DNA from: Terriglobales bacterium
Lineage (GTDB): Bacteria > Acidobacteriota > Terriglobia > Terriglobales > Acidobacteriaceae
DNA: 46,864 bases
Direction: 5' to 3'
Assembly (NCBI GenBank): GCA_025927855.1
Contig: JAICKN010000001.1
Coordinates: forward strand, 1 to 46,864
The position numbers and the translations under genes are program-made. Of this stretch, positions 26,096-35,826 are shown piece after piece (position 1 is the stretch's first letter; every line of letters begins with the position of its first letter). Below the pieces are notes generated by a model that saw only the letters and a program-made list of their open reading frames with translations, was not told the DNA's origin and did not search any database.

Positions 26096-26965
26096 ATGCG
26101 TAAATGGATGCGCGAACGATTGAAACGCCGCAAAAAAAGCACCTCCGCTGAAGCCTCAGAGCCGAAAGCAGCCCCTCTACAACCAGCGTATTTTGACGAT
26201 GATTCGCAGAATTCTTCTGCTGAAAGTCATGACGAACAGCCCTACGTGGCTGTCGGCACGGATTCCAGCGAACCTCTTTCCGAACCTGCGCAGGCGGATT
26301 CCTCGCATGTTGGCGGCGAAACTTCTCCGGCGCCCCATGCCCGGCAAAAGCCCAATCGCCGCCGACGCGGCGGTAGAGGCGGACGCGGACGCGCTGGTAA
26401 CCAACGTAGTTCGCGGCCGGAAGCTGCGCCCGCTATTGCGATAGAAGATATAGCGCCTGAGGGGACAGAACAAGGCGGTCCCGTAGTTGCCCGTTCGCAA
26501 GCTCCTAAAGGCACAGTCGTCCTGGCGGTGGGCCTGCCGGGTTCCGGTAAAAGTTCCTGGTTCAAGCGGCACAACATTAATCCGCTTTCGAGCGACATGC
26601 TGCGCGCGCTTCTATTTGACGATGCTACGGAGCAGCGCTTTCAGGACCTGATTTTCTCTAACCTGCGCTCCATGCTCAAAGCGCGTCTCATCGCCCGCCG
26701 GCCCATCACTTATGTGGACGCCACCAATCTCACTCCGCAGGACCGCCATAGTTGGATTAAGCTTGCCAAAGACTTTGGCTACGAGGTTCATGCCGTATTT
26801 TTTGATGTTCCTTTAGAAGTCTGCCTGGAGCGGAACAGTAAACGCGAGCGCGTGGTGGAAGAGGCCGTAATGCGGCGGTTCGCTTCCAAGTTGAAAGCTC
26901 CAACATTTGAGGAAGGCTTCGCAAAAATCACAGTAGTACGGGTGAAACAAAAGCAGAGCGCCTAA
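26096..26965 (+). CDS. Stand-alone polynucleotide-kinase-like P-loop kinase (T4 Pnk kinase-domain type / AAA_33) with a disordered acidic plus Arg/Gly-rich N-terminal region
   Basis: The C-terminal ~160 aa parallels the T4 Pnk kinase domain: GLPGSGKSSW (Walker A), LSSDMLR (Asp/Arg), DATNLTPQDRHSW, FDVPLEVCLERNSKRER. The N-terminal ~130 aa is low-complexity and includes RQKPNRRRRGGRGGRGRAGNQRSS. Confidence 0.75.
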   Translation: MRKWMRERLKRRKKSTSAEASEPKAAPLQPAYFDDDSQNSSAESHDEQPYVAVGTDSSEPLSEPAQADSSHVGGETSPAPHARQKPNRRRRGGRGGRGRAGNQRSSRPEAAPAIAIEDIAPEGTEQGGPVVARSQAPKGTVVLAVGLPGSGKSSWFKRHNINPLSSDMLRALLFDDATEQRFQDLIFSNLRSMLKARLIARRPITYVDATNLTPQDRHSWIKLAKDFGYEVHAVFFDVPLEVCLERNSKRERVVEEAVMRRFASKLKAPTFEEGFAKITVVRVKQKQSA

Positions 26966-27092
26966 GAGCTTTCGCGCAGCTTCTTCAATTTCGCTTCTGC
27001 GTTGCGCATTCCTATTTGCCCCGGGCAGAACGAGGGCATGCGTCCCTCCGAACGGGCCCGCTAAATTCTCAAGCGCATTCATTCGCTATAAT

Positions 27093-28118
27093 TTGAGTAT
27101 GGGCAGTCCCTCCCTTGAAAAGAATGCCGCCAGTGGGCCGGTAGAGGCGCAAGCGGGGTTTAAAATCCTTGCCTCGGATTGTGGCATTTATGAGTTAAAT
27201 TCCCGGGCAAAGATCGCTCTTACCGGCGAAGACCGCGTACGCTGGCTCAATGGAATGATCACCAATAACGTGCGTGATCTGCCTGCCGGGCAAGGGGTTT
27301 ACGGATTTTTGCTTAATCCGCAAGGCAAAATTTTAGGTGATCTATATGCGTTTAATCGCGACGGATATCTGCTCGTAGATACCGAGCAATTCCAGTTGCC
27401 GCGGGTGCTTGAAATCTTCGAACGCTACATCATCATGGATGATGTCGTGGTTGAGAACATTACCGGAAATCTATCGGGCATTGGCATTGCCGGACCGAAG
27501 GCGGAAGAGATACTCAAAGCAACCAATCTGTTTCAGCCCGGACTGGCAACACTGCATTTTGCCGATCTCACTTGGCGCGATGCCGGACCGACGCTTGTGC
27601 GCAAGGACAGCCCAACCGTTTCTGTATTTGAGATATGGGCGGCGCCCTCGAATCTTGGAATACTCTGGTCTGCATTGGCGGGCGCCGGAGGCAAACCTGT
27701 GAGTCCGGAAGCTTTGGAGTTGTTTCGGATTGCGTCCGGTGTTCCCCGCTTTAGCGTAGACATTCATGAGCGGCACCTGCCGCAGGAAACCGGACAGCAG
27801 CGCGCGCTTAACTTCAACAAAGGTTGCTACATCGGGCAGGAGATCGTAGAGCGGATTCGCTCACGCGCGACCGTGCATCGCACGTTTACTGGCTTCCATG
27901 TAGAGGGTCCACTGCCCTCCATCGGCGAGAAAATAGTTGACGCCGAGGGAAAACCAGCAGGCGAGATCACGAGCACGGCATCTTTCGCCTCAGGTTCAGG
28001 CGGCGGCAAGGTAGCATTAGGCTACTTTCGCCGGGATGCGGCGGCCGAGGGTCTCCACGCGGGTGAGTCTTTGTTGACGGTTGCTGTATTGCCATTTAAA
28101 GATTTTTTTAAGCAGTGA
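27093..28118 (+). CDS. ygfZ: Folate-binding YgfZ/GcvT-family protein
   Basis: YgfZ signature NKGCYIGQEIVERI and a GcvT-like N-domain. TTG at 27093 or ATG at 27099. Confidence 0.8.
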   Translation: MSMGSPSLEKNAASGPVEAQAGFKILASDCGIYELNSRAKIALTGEDRVRWLNGMITNNVRDLPAGQGVYGFLLNPQGKILGDLYAFNRDGYLLVDTEQFQLPRVLEIFERYIIMDDVVVENITGNLSGIGIAGPKAEEILKATNLFQPGLATLHFADLTWRDAGPTLVRKDSPTVSVFEIWAAPSNLGILWSALAGAGGKPVSPEALELFRIASGVPRFSVDIHERHLPQETGQQRALNFNKGCYIGQEIVERIRSRATVHRTFTGFHVEGPLPSIGEKIVDAEGKPAGEITSTASFASGSGGGKVALGYFRRDAAAEGLHAGESLLTVAVLPFKDFFKQ

Positions 28119-28126
28119 GGACGATT

Positions 28127-28678
28127 ATGGCTGAAAAGAAGCAGGACAATTTCACCGTTACCGATCGCCGTTTGTTCACGACCAGCGGAGAACTCCGTTC
28201 CGAAAACGAAGACGCAATCTCTCCAGAGGAGGGAGCACCGGCAGAGCCGCCGACAGCTTCTTCGCAACCTGCCGCAGAAGAAATGCCTGCGCCCCCCACA
28301 AATGCGGAGCAGCAGAAACAGGCAGACGCCTACAAGAAGTCTTCGCAGGACATAGATTCCAGGCTCGGCATTAACGGCCATTCGGCCAAAGATTTGGAAG
28401 TCAGCTTCGAGCGTTTTCTGGCTTCGCTCTATATGACCGCCATGATGCAACTGGGCCTTATGCATGAACAGGGCGGGCAGCCGCAAATTGACTTAATTGG
28501 CGGAAGGCAGACGATTGACACCATTGCCCTGCTGGCGGAAAAGACTAAGGGCAACCTGACCGCTACCGAGCAGAACCTATTGCAGAATTCCTTATACGAA
28601 TTGCGTATGGCTTATGTGGAAGTTACCAACGCGCTCTCGCGCCCGCCGCAGGCTACCGGCACTGATGCCAAGAGATGA
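28127..28678 (+). CDS. DUF1844 domain protein
   Basis: ATG 28127 follows GAGGA. Conserved core FERFLASLYMTAMMQLGL. The ORF-track GTG at 28115 overlaps the ygfZ stop. Confidence 0.75.
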   Translation: MAEKKQDNFTVTDRRLFTTSGELRSENEDAISPEEGAPAEPPTASSQPAAEEMPAPPTNAEQQKQADAYKKSSQDIDSRLGINGHSAKDLEVSFERFLASLYMTAMMQLGLMHEQGGQPQIDLIGGRQTIDTIALLAEKTKGNLTATEQNLLQNSLYELRMAYVEVTNALSRPPQATGTDAKR

Positions 28679-29448
28679 AGGCCACTCTCACCGTGCTCGG
28701 CAGCGGCACCTCGATGGGAGTGCCGACCATCGGTTGCGATTGCGCTGTCTGCCGCTCAACTGATCCTCACGACAAACGCACGCGCCCTTCCGTTCTCGTC
28801 GAATACGACGGCCATGCTGTGCTGATTGATACAACTCCGGATTTCCGCGAGCAGGCCATTCGCGAAAATATCCACCGCCTCGATGCGGTCCTTTATACAC
28901 ATACGCACGCCGACCACATCCTTGGCATTGATGACTTGCGGCCCATAAGTTTTTTGCACAAACCGGGTAAGCTGCCGCTCTATGCGCATCCCCGGGCGGC
29001 GGAATTTTTGCGCAACATGTTCCGCTACATTTTTGACGGGAACTATAAGTTTGGCGGATTGCCATTGCTCGAACTAAAGCCTCTCGATGGAACCGTTAAT
29101 TTATTCGAGGCGCGTTTTGAACCGATCGCGGTAATCCACGGCGAATCGGAAATTTATGGATTTCGTTTTGGTTCGGCCGCTTACCTCACCGACCACAGCG
29201 ATGTCCCCGAGACTTCCCTCGAAAAATTGCGTGGCCTCGACATACTTTTTCTCGATGCCCTGCGCCACAAACCGCATCCGACGCATTCCACCGTGGAAAA
29301 TTCGCTGCGGATTGTAGACCGTGTCAAGCCGCGGCGGGCTTTCTTTACCCATATCTGCCACGAGCTTCCGCATGAGGAAACCAACGCCACGCTGCCGGAG
29401 CATGTGCGGCTTTCGTATGACGGCATGAAACTGGAATTTGAAATTTGA
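28675..29448 (+). CDS. PhnP-like MBL-fold metallo-hydrolase
   Basis: HTHADH metal motif plus the N-terminal Cys cluster GCDCAVC typical of the PhnP subgroup. Its start overlaps the upstream stop (ATGA). Confidence 0.85.
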   Translation: MKATLTVLGSGTSMGVPTIGCDCAVCRSTDPHDKRTRPSVLVEYDGHAVLIDTTPDFREQAIRENIHRLDAVLYTHTHADHILGIDDLRPISFLHKPGKLPLYAHPRAAEFLRNMFRYIFDGNYKFGGLPLLELKPLDGTVNLFEARFEPIAVIHGESEIYGFRFGSAAYLTDHSDVPETSLEKLRGLDILFLDALRHKPHPTHSTVENSLRIVDRVKPRRAFFTHICHELPHEETNATLPEHVRLSYDGMKLEFEI

Positions 29449-29479
29449 TTGTTCACGCGGGTAAAGCGGGCAATTGAAG

Positions 29480-30418
29480 ATGCAAGTGTTTCATCAACTC
29501 GGCGAAATACCCGCCCACTTTGGCGGCACAGTAGTCACTGTTGGCAATTTTGACGGAGTTCATCGCGCGCATGGCCGTGTGTTGCAGGAAATTTCTACGC
29601 GGGCGAAACAGCTTGGCTGCAAATCGGTTGCTGTCACCTTCGGTCCTCATCCAGCGAGGTTCTTGCGCCCCGATTGTGACTTGAAGCTGATCACTCCCCT
29701 GCCGGTAAAACTTCGCCTGATGGAGGAGACCGGCATAGATGCGGTGCTCCTCATTCCCTTCACGGCGGAGTTGTCGCTTACCAGTCCGCATGATTTTGCC
29801 GCTCACCTGTTGCAAAAAGGTTTGCGCGCCTGCGAAGTGCACGAAGGATTTAATTTCCGGTTTGGACATAAGGCTGCCGGGGATATCGAAGCCCTGACAA
29901 ACTTCGGCAAAGAGATGGGCTTTTCCGTGGTTACCTATTCCGAAATGCGGCTTCGTGGTGAACCGGTCTCGAGCAGCCGTATCCGCCAGCTCATAAAAAA
30001 TGGAGAGGTCAACCGGGCCCGCCACCTGCTGGGACGGACGTTTTCTATTCTCTCGGCCCCCACGTCTGGCCGCGGCTACGGATCGAAATTTACCGTTCCG
30101 ACCGTCAACATAGAACGATATAGCGAGCTTGTTCCGAAGGATGGCGTCTACATCACCCGTACCCGCATCGGGTCGGAGCGCTTCGACTCCGTGACCAACG
30201 CCGGCAAGCGCCCTACTTTCGGGGCCGATTCCTACGCCATCGAAAGCCATCTGTTTAACTTTCATCCTCTGGAATTGACGCCTGAAACGGAAATAGAAAT
30301 TTGCTTCCTCCACCGCCTACGGGATGAGATCAAGTTTCCTTCTGTGGAAGCTTTACGCGCGCAGATCGCCCGCGACGTAAGCAAAGCGCAGCGCTATTTT
30401 CAGTTGATGCCGCGTTAG
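29480..30418 (+). CDS. ribF: Bifunctional riboflavin kinase / FMN adenylyltransferase RibF
   Basis: MQVFHQL...VVTVGNFDGVHRAH nucleotidyltransferase motif and a C-terminal riboflavin-kinase domain (PTxN-like FTVPTVNI, YAIESHLF). Confidence 0.92.
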   Translation: MQVFHQLGEIPAHFGGTVVTVGNFDGVHRAHGRVLQEISTRAKQLGCKSVAVTFGPHPARFLRPDCDLKLITPLPVKLRLMEETGIDAVLLIPFTAELSLTSPHDFAAHLLQKGLRACEVHEGFNFRFGHKAAGDIEALTNFGKEMGFSVVTYSEMRLRGEPVSSSRIRQLIKNGEVNRARHLLGRTFSILSAPTSGRGYGSKFTVPTVNIERYSELVPKDGVYITRTRIGSERFDSVTNAGKRPTFGADSYAIESHLFNFHPLELTPETEIEICFLHRLRDEIKFPSVEALRAQIARDVSKAQRYFQLMPR

Positions 30419-30554
30419 CAATTTTCCTCGAAATCGCGACAAAAAGTTGCTGAAAACGCGGCGAACGGCTTTGCACGCGTAACAACCCGGCACCGGCACC
30501 GGTGGTTTGATTCTCTCCGCGCTTGTTATGATAAAGCTCGCGCCTTATACGGCC

Positions 30555-30630
30555 GGCCCCGTAGCTCAAAAGGATAGAGCACCGGTTTCCTAAACCGGCT
30601 ATTCCGGTTCGATTCCGGACGGGGCCTCCA
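30555..30630 (+). tRNA. tRNA-Arg (anticodon CCT)
   Basis: Hand-folded cloverleaf. Acceptor GGCCCCG/CGGGGCC, D-stem GCTC/GAGC, anticodon stem CCGGT/ACCGG with loop TTCCTAA (CCT), T-arm TCCGG-TTCGATT-CCGGA, and an encoded CCA. Confidence 0.9.
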
Positions 30631-30701
30631 TTGCATTTGTGGCGCATTCTACGGGGGCAATCTGCTCTACTGGTTTTCCTGTATTACTAACTGATAACAC
30701 A

Positions 30702-30730
30702 TTGACCCAGGCTCTCTGGTTTGTTACTGT
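30702..30730 (+). promoter_or_regulatory. Sigma-70-like promoter candidate for the GAF histidine kinase
   Basis: TTGACC-N17-TACTGT ending 22 nt before ATG 30752. No clear SD follows. Confidence 0.3.
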
Positions 30731-30751
30731 CCAGCATCAGCACAGATTTTT

Positions 30752-32548
30752 ATGGGATCCGCGAATCCTGCGCTTTCTTCCACAACTGTAACCTCTTCCC
30801 TTCTGGCTGAAGACAAAATTTCCCTGCAAATGATCGTGGAGGCCACGCGCACACTCCTTTCCGATCCTCGTCTGACCTCCGTTTTACCGCGTCTTTTGGA
30901 ATTAGCGCGTCAATACATCCCTGCTGATGCTTATGCGGTATGGCGGCAGCGGATAGATTTAGACCGATGGACCGTGCTGGCCTCGGCGGGCCTTTCAGAA
31001 CAATATCAACATCAATTCGAATCGTCCGGCCCCATGATCACGGAGGTTGTCGCGGTACCCGACATTTACCATTTGCCGAAATTGGTGGAACATCGCAAAA
31101 AGTGGTACGAAGCTGAAGGCATCCGCTCTCTCGTCATCGCTCCTTTGCGCATGAGGGCCGGGATTCACGGCACGCTCGTGTTTTATTTCCACCAGCCGCA
31201 TACATTTACTAACCAGGAACTCAAGCTGACGGACACGCTGGCGAACCTCGCGGCGCTCGCGGTGGACACAGCAGAATCTTATGAAGCGCTGGAGAAAGAA
31301 AAGCAACGTTCGCAATTTCTGGCGGAAGCCAGCAAGCTTCTAAACTCCTCGCTCGACTACGAAAGCACCCTGTCCAGTGTGGCGAAAGTAGCGGTCCCGC
31401 AAATTGCCGACTGGTGCGCGATCGATCTTCTTCAGGATGACGGCATTCTGCGGCGGGTCGCGGTGCAGCACGTGGATCCCGCAAAAATTGAGCTGGCAAA
31501 AGAAATCATGCAGCATTACCCGCCCCATCCGGCCAGCGGCGTTTACCAGGTCCTGAGGGCGAAGACTTCCGGCTTGGCTCCGGAGATTACCGAAGCCATA
31601 TTGGCCGCGGAACAGCGGGACGAAGAACACGGCAAAATCATGCGGTCGCTGGGGATGAAATCCGCCATCGCCGCTCCGCTCATCGCACGGGAACGCACAC
31701 TGGGGGTCATTACGTTTGTCATGGCAGAATCGGACCGCCGCTTCTCGCAGGACGATGTTGGTTTTGTAGAAGATCTGGCCCATCGCGCCGCCGTCGCAGT
31801 AGACAATGCCCGCCTTCATAGTTCGCTGGAGCATCACCGGCATGAGCTGCAGCTTTCCAATGACAGGCTTGAGCACCGCGTGGAGGAACGCACGGCTGAA
31901 TTAAAGCGGACAGCGGGCGAATTACGTGAGCTCTCCACTCGCCTGCTGCAGATACAGGATGAAGAACGCCGCCGCATTGCCCGCGAATTGCATGACAGCC
32001 TGGGCCAGCACCTGACGGCGGCGAAAATCAATATTGATATGTCGCTGGCGGGCACACCCGAGGGCAGAGCCAGAGATATGCTCGTTCGCGCACAGCAAGA
32101 GGTGGAACAGTCCGTACAGGAAGTAAGGACGCTTTCGCATCTGCTGCATCCGCCGCTGCTCGAGGAAGCCGGACTTCCTTCCGCTCTCGACTGGTATGTG
32201 CGCGGATTTGCCGAACGCAGCAACATCCCTATAGATCTCGAACTGGACCCCAAGCTCGGGCGTTTATCGCGCGAACTTGAAACCACCATATTCCGCGTGG
32301 TGCAGGAATCATTGACGAATGTCCATCGTCATTCTGCCAGCCCGCGCGCCAGCATTCGTGTTCTACGCCGGCCGGAAGAAATCTCGGTTGAAATCCGCGA
32401 TTTTGGCAAGGGAATGCCGTCCGATCCGCTCCCCGGAGTCGGGATTCAGGGCATGAAAGAACGCGTGCGCCAGTTGGGCGGCGATTTACGGATCGAATCT
32501 CAGGATCAAGGCATTGCGGTCTGCGCGGTTATGCCCATTGCCTCTTAA
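30752..32548 (+). CDS. Cytoplasmic GAF-GAF sensor histidine kinase (HisKA_3 / NarL-partner type), orphan
   Basis: Two GAF-like modules, a coiled-coil linker, H-box RIARELHDSLGQHLTAA and an HATPase_c (LTNVHRHS ... GVGIQGMKERV). No TM segment and no adjacent response regulator. Confidence 0.85.
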   Translation: MGSANPALSSTTVTSSLLAEDKISLQMIVEATRTLLSDPRLTSVLPRLLELARQYIPADAYAVWRQRIDLDRWTVLASAGLSEQYQHQFESSGPMITEVVAVPDIYHLPKLVEHRKKWYEAEGIRSLVIAPLRMRAGIHGTLVFYFHQPHTFTNQELKLTDTLANLAALAVDTAESYEALEKEKQRSQFLAEASKLLNSSLDYESTLSSVAKVAVPQIADWCAIDLLQDDGILRRVAVQHVDPAKIELAKEIMQHYPPHPASGVYQVLRAKTSGLAPEITEAILAAEQRDEEHGKIMRSLGMKSAIAAPLIARERTLGVITFVMAESDRRFSQDDVGFVEDLAHRAAVAVDNARLHSSLEHHRHELQLSNDRLEHRVEERTAELKRTAGELRELSTRLLQIQDEERRRIARELHDSLGQHLTAAKINIDMSLAGTPEGRARDMLVRAQQEVEQSVQEVRTLSHLLHPPLLEEAGLPSALDWYVRGFAERSNIPIDLELDPKLGRLSRELETTIFRVVQESLTNVHRHSASPRASIRVLRRPEEISVEIRDFGKGMPSDPLPGVGIQGMKERVRQLGGDLRIESQDQGIAVCAVMPIAS

Positions 32549-33171
32549 GCTGGCTTCAAAGATTTTTCCTCGGCAGGTTTGGGCTGCGCGGTAGTTTTCT
32601 TCAGCACCGCTGCTATAGCGATCCCGGCGATTAGAAAGCCTACAACTTTATCGAACATAAACCCGAAGGTGTAATCCGCGGGAAAACCATACCAGTTCCA
32701 ATATTCAACATTGGTAGTGATCGCCGCCAAAATCCCCACCAGTACAACCAGCCCCACGCGCGTATGGAATCCTGTAAGCTCCTTTGCTTGTGAAACGACG
32801 ATCGCCAGAATCATCACTTCCACTAAATCCAGCACGAACTCAATGAGCAGTTGCCGGGGCGACCTGGGATTTGTGCCATCGGGGTGATAAATCAGAATTC
32901 CGTAAGGTCCACGCTCATATTTCTGTTCAAATGCTTTCATCGCCGCAGTGCGTTGCTTCGGCGTGGCGTTTGCGGCAGGCGGGGCGCCCATGCCGGGGAA
33001 AAAATAAAAGCCCGCTTTCGGAATATTGGCTTGCAGGGCCGCGAGCACCGGCTGCTCCTGCGGAAGCTGCTGCACACCTGTATTGCCCAACCCAATCGCC
33101 ATGTGCGACAGCGATCCCCAGGAAAAAAGAAGCACACCGCCGACAAATCCCGCCAGAAAAACTCTTTTCAT
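32545..33171 (-). CDS. Hypothetical membrane protein
   Basis: ATG 33171 (MKRVFLAGFVGGVLLF) is preceded by GGAGAA. Four hydrophobic segments. Its stop overlaps the kinase stop (cTTAAg). Confidence 0.65.
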   Translation of the reverse strand: MKRVFLAGFVGGVLLFSWGSLSHMAIGLGNTGVQQLPQEQPVLAALQANIPKAGFYFFPGMGAPPAANATPKQRTAAMKAFEQKYERGPYGILIYHPDGTNPRSPRQLLIEFVLDLVEVMILAIVVSQAKELTGFHTRVGLVVLVGILAAITTNVEYWNWYGFPADYTFGFMFDKVVGFLIAGIAIAAVLKKTTAQPKPAEEKSLKPA

Positions 33172-33333
33172 TTTGTCCGATTCTCCGTACCGCTTGTTTT
33201 TATAAGAATACAACTACCGGGTGGGCCAGCTGACTTGTCCATCGCTCGCACGCTAAACTCCATTTATAATTTTTAGTTCTTCCTACAACTCTCATTCTCT
33301 TACGCAATAAGCAACAAGGCCAAGGAGCGCGAA

Positions 33334-34779
33334 ATGACGGAACCGCAAAATGCCACCCGTACCGAAAAAGACTCCATCGGAGTGAAGGAGATTCCCGCGC
33401 ACGTCTACTACGGAATCCAGACGGCGCGCGCGGTGGAGAACTACCCGATTTCCGGAATGCGCGCGCATCCCACGCTGATCCGCGCCTTCGGCATGGTGAA
33501 ACAGGCTGCTGCGGAGGCCAATAAGGAACTCGGCCTTCTCGATGCGAAAGTTGCCGATGCCATCGCGCAGGCCGCGCAGGAGGTGCAACACGGCAAGTGG
33601 GACAAAGAATTCGTCGTGGACGTCTTTCAGGCCGGCGCGGGCGTCAGCTTCCACATGAACAGCAACGAGGTCATTGCCAACCGCGCGGTAGAGATTCTGG
33701 GCGGAAAGCTCGGCGACTACACCAAAGTCCATCCCAATGATCATGTGAACTACGGCCAGTCCACCAACGATGTCTTCCCCACCGGCATGCGCCTCGCGGC
33801 ATTGCTTGAGCTGGAAAAACTTTACCCCGTGCTCGATTCCCTTTCTGCTGCGCTCGAAAAGAAGGGCAAAGAATTCCACGACATTTTGAAGTCAGGCCGC
33901 ACCCACATGCAGGATGCAGTCCCTATGCGCCTGGGACAGGAATTCGCCGCCTACGCTGGCGCTATTCGTCGAGCAAAAGATGCGATCCGTGCTGCTTCTG
34001 AAAATTTGCGTGAGTTGGGACTCGGCGGCTCCGCCGTAGGTACTGGAATTAATACTCATCCCGATTACCGTGAAAAAGCGATCCGCAATTTGGCGCGCAT
34101 CTCCGGCCAAAAGCTCGCTCCGGTGGACGACATGCGCTATGCCATGCAGTCGAATTTTGCCATGGCTTCGGTTTCCTCGGCGCTGCGCAATCTGGCGCTC
34201 GAAGTAATCCGTATTTCGAATGATCTCCGCCTGCTCTCTTCAGGACCGAACACCGGCTTTGCCGAAATCAATCTGCCTGCGCTGCAACCCGGTTCTTCGA
34301 TCATGCCGGGCAAAATTAATCCGGTCATGCCGGAGCTTGCCGCCATGGTTTCTTTTCAGGTAGTGGGAAACGATGTAGCCGTGGCTATGGCCGTCCAGGC
34401 AGGCCAGCTTGAGCTCAACGTCATGATGCCCACCATGGCTTACAGCGTAATGCAGTCCATCACCATCCTTACCAACATGCTGCGGCAATTTACTGACCGC
34501 TGCGTAACCGGCCTCACCGCCAACAAAGCCCGTTGCGATTTCTATGTGCAGGCCACAGTTTCACTCGCCACGGCGCTGAATCCATACATCGGTTATGCGA
34601 AAGCCGCCGAGATTGCCAAAGAAGCCGTCGCCACCGGCCGCTCGATCATTGAAATTGCCCGCGAGAAAAAACTGCTGAGCGAAAAAGAGATCAACGAAAT
34701 CCTCGATCCCGTCCGCATGACCGAGCCAGTGCGCCCGCTCGAAGCGGCCGCCAAGCGCGAGGAAGTAAAGGCGAAATGA
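33334..34779 (+). CDS. aspA: Aspartate ammonia-lyase (class II fumarase/aspartase family)
   Basis: GSSIMPGKINPV signature, TNDVFPT and GRTHMQDAVPMRLGQEF. The overall pattern tracks E. coli AspA more closely than FumC, by eye. Confidence 0.85.
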   Translation: MTEPQNATRTEKDSIGVKEIPAHVYYGIQTARAVENYPISGMRAHPTLIRAFGMVKQAAAEANKELGLLDAKVADAIAQAAQEVQHGKWDKEFVVDVFQAGAGVSFHMNSNEVIANRAVEILGGKLGDYTKVHPNDHVNYGQSTNDVFPTGMRLAALLELEKLYPVLDSLSAALEKKGKEFHDILKSGRTHMQDAVPMRLGQEFAAYAGAIRRAKDAIRAASENLRELGLGGSAVGTGINTHPDYREKAIRNLARISGQKLAPVDDMRYAMQSNFAMASVSSALRNLALEVIRISNDLRLLSSGPNTGFAEINLPALQPGSSIMPGKINPVMPELAAMVSFQVVGNDVAVAMAVQAGQLELNVMMPTMAYSVMQSITILTNMLRQFTDRCVTGLTANKARCDFYVQATVSLATALNPYIGYAKAAEIAKEAVATGRSIIEIAREKKLLSEKEINEILDPVRMTEPVRPLEAAAKREEVKAK

Positions 34780-34821
34780 GGCGGGATTGCAGCGCGGGGC
34801 GTAAAGCAAAGCTTGCAAAGC

Positions 34822-34860
34822 AAAAAAATAGGCTGACCTTTATGGTCAGCCTGTAATTTT
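34822..34860. terminator. Bidirectional intrinsic terminator between aspA and the convergent ORF
   Basis: Perfect 9-bp stem AGGCTGACC / GGTCAGCCT (34830-34852) with a 5-nt loop, flanked by AAAAAAAT upstream and GTAATTTT downstream. Confidence 0.75.
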
Positions 34861-34904
34861 CCTGCTTACATTTATTTACCGGCAGAGGACTTTTTCTGCC
34901 GAAG

Positions 34905-35228
34905 CTACGCTACGACCGAAGAGGAATGAGAAGCGCGGGATTCGGAGATATCCACCAGCTTGTGCGCCAGGTGCTCGCGCTGGGAGCTGAATTCCTTGAA
35001 CTGAACCACCTCCCCAGTAATGGCCTCTAATGTTGCGTTCGACTTCCGCAACACCTCCAGTAAGTACTTCTGGGCCATTGGGCGGTCCGTCGGATGAACC
35101 AGCTTCCACCAGCGCCGCATAGACTCCTGCACCTCTCGCTCGCTCTTTGAGCCTTCGACCAGCGAATCAATCAGACGGTATACCCTGCTTTTTACCGCCT
35201 GGTAGGAAACAGATACTTCTTGTCCCAT
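34905..35228 (-). CDS. Hypothetical protein (107 aa)
   Basis: ATG 35228 (MGQEVSVSYQAV...) is preceded by GGGGGAAAG. Helical, charged composition. No family recognised. Confidence 0.55.
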   Translation of the reverse strand: MGQEVSVSYQAVKSRVYRLIDSLVEGSKSEREVQESMRRWWKLVHPTDRPMAQKYLLEVLRKSNATLEAITGEVVQFKEFSSQREHLAHKLVDISESRASHSSSVVA

Positions 35229-35563
35229 TGTCGCTTTCCCCCTGAGGCTTCTAGGCCTCGCGCTTCTATATTGCACGGCAGTAGCCAAAGCTTTCCCGTA
35301 ATATTATCAATAACTTAGCCTATATACAATCCAACTTGTAGAAGTCCGGTTACATAAATATACAGTTTTTTGTAGAAATAAAATACGGTGCAACTGCTTG
35401 AAATGTCAGAGCTTTGTCACGTCGGTATCCGTAGACCCCTTTATCGCCGATTGCACCTTCGGCTCAAAGACGCGTTCTGGATACACGAATGGAATGGTCT
35501 GGGGAGGCTTTCGTCGCTAACCGACTGTTTATTTTGTACTTAGCACCAGCGATGCTTGATTGG

Positions 35564-35773
35564 CTAGGCCGCCCGAGTCACATTGGCCGCCTGCGGTCCT
35601 TTTTGCCCTTGCACTATCTCAAACTCTACCGGATCGCCTTCCTGAAGGCTCTTATAGCCCTCTGACGTTATTGCGCTGTAGTGGACAAAGACATCGGGAC
35701 CATCTTCCCGCCCGATAAATCCGTATCCCTTCGCATTGTTAAACCATTTCACAGTACCTTTCAAACGTTCCAC
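35564..35773 (-). CDS. Cold-shock protein (CspA family)
   Basis: [15 protein letters not shown] (RNP1) and DVFVHYS (RNP2). 69 codons with a GTG start. Confidence 0.95.
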   Translation of the reverse strand: MERLKGTVKWFNNAKGYGFIGREDGPDVFVHYSAITSEGYKSLQEGDPVEFEIVQGQKGPQAANVTRAA

Positions 35774-35826
35774 GTACGCCCCCTGGCACGGTAGTGAGCT
35801 TCATGCCCGTGCTTTTAGTTCCGGTC

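Noticed and set aside
29453-30313. 286-codon ORF antisense to ribF, the longest 'shadow' ORF in the window.
   Set aside because: The opposite strand encodes an unambiguous RibF (GNFDGVHRAH and the riboflavin-kinase motifs). The antisense product is Arg/Gly/Ala-rich with no recognisable motif or SD. This is typical of a mirror-frame ORF in GC-biased coding DNA.
30555-30751. tRNA-Arg as a possible genomic-island integration site.
   Set aside because: No integrase or recombinase gene flanks it, no duplicated copy of the tRNA 3' end was seen elsewhere in the window, and the neighbouring genes are housekeeping.
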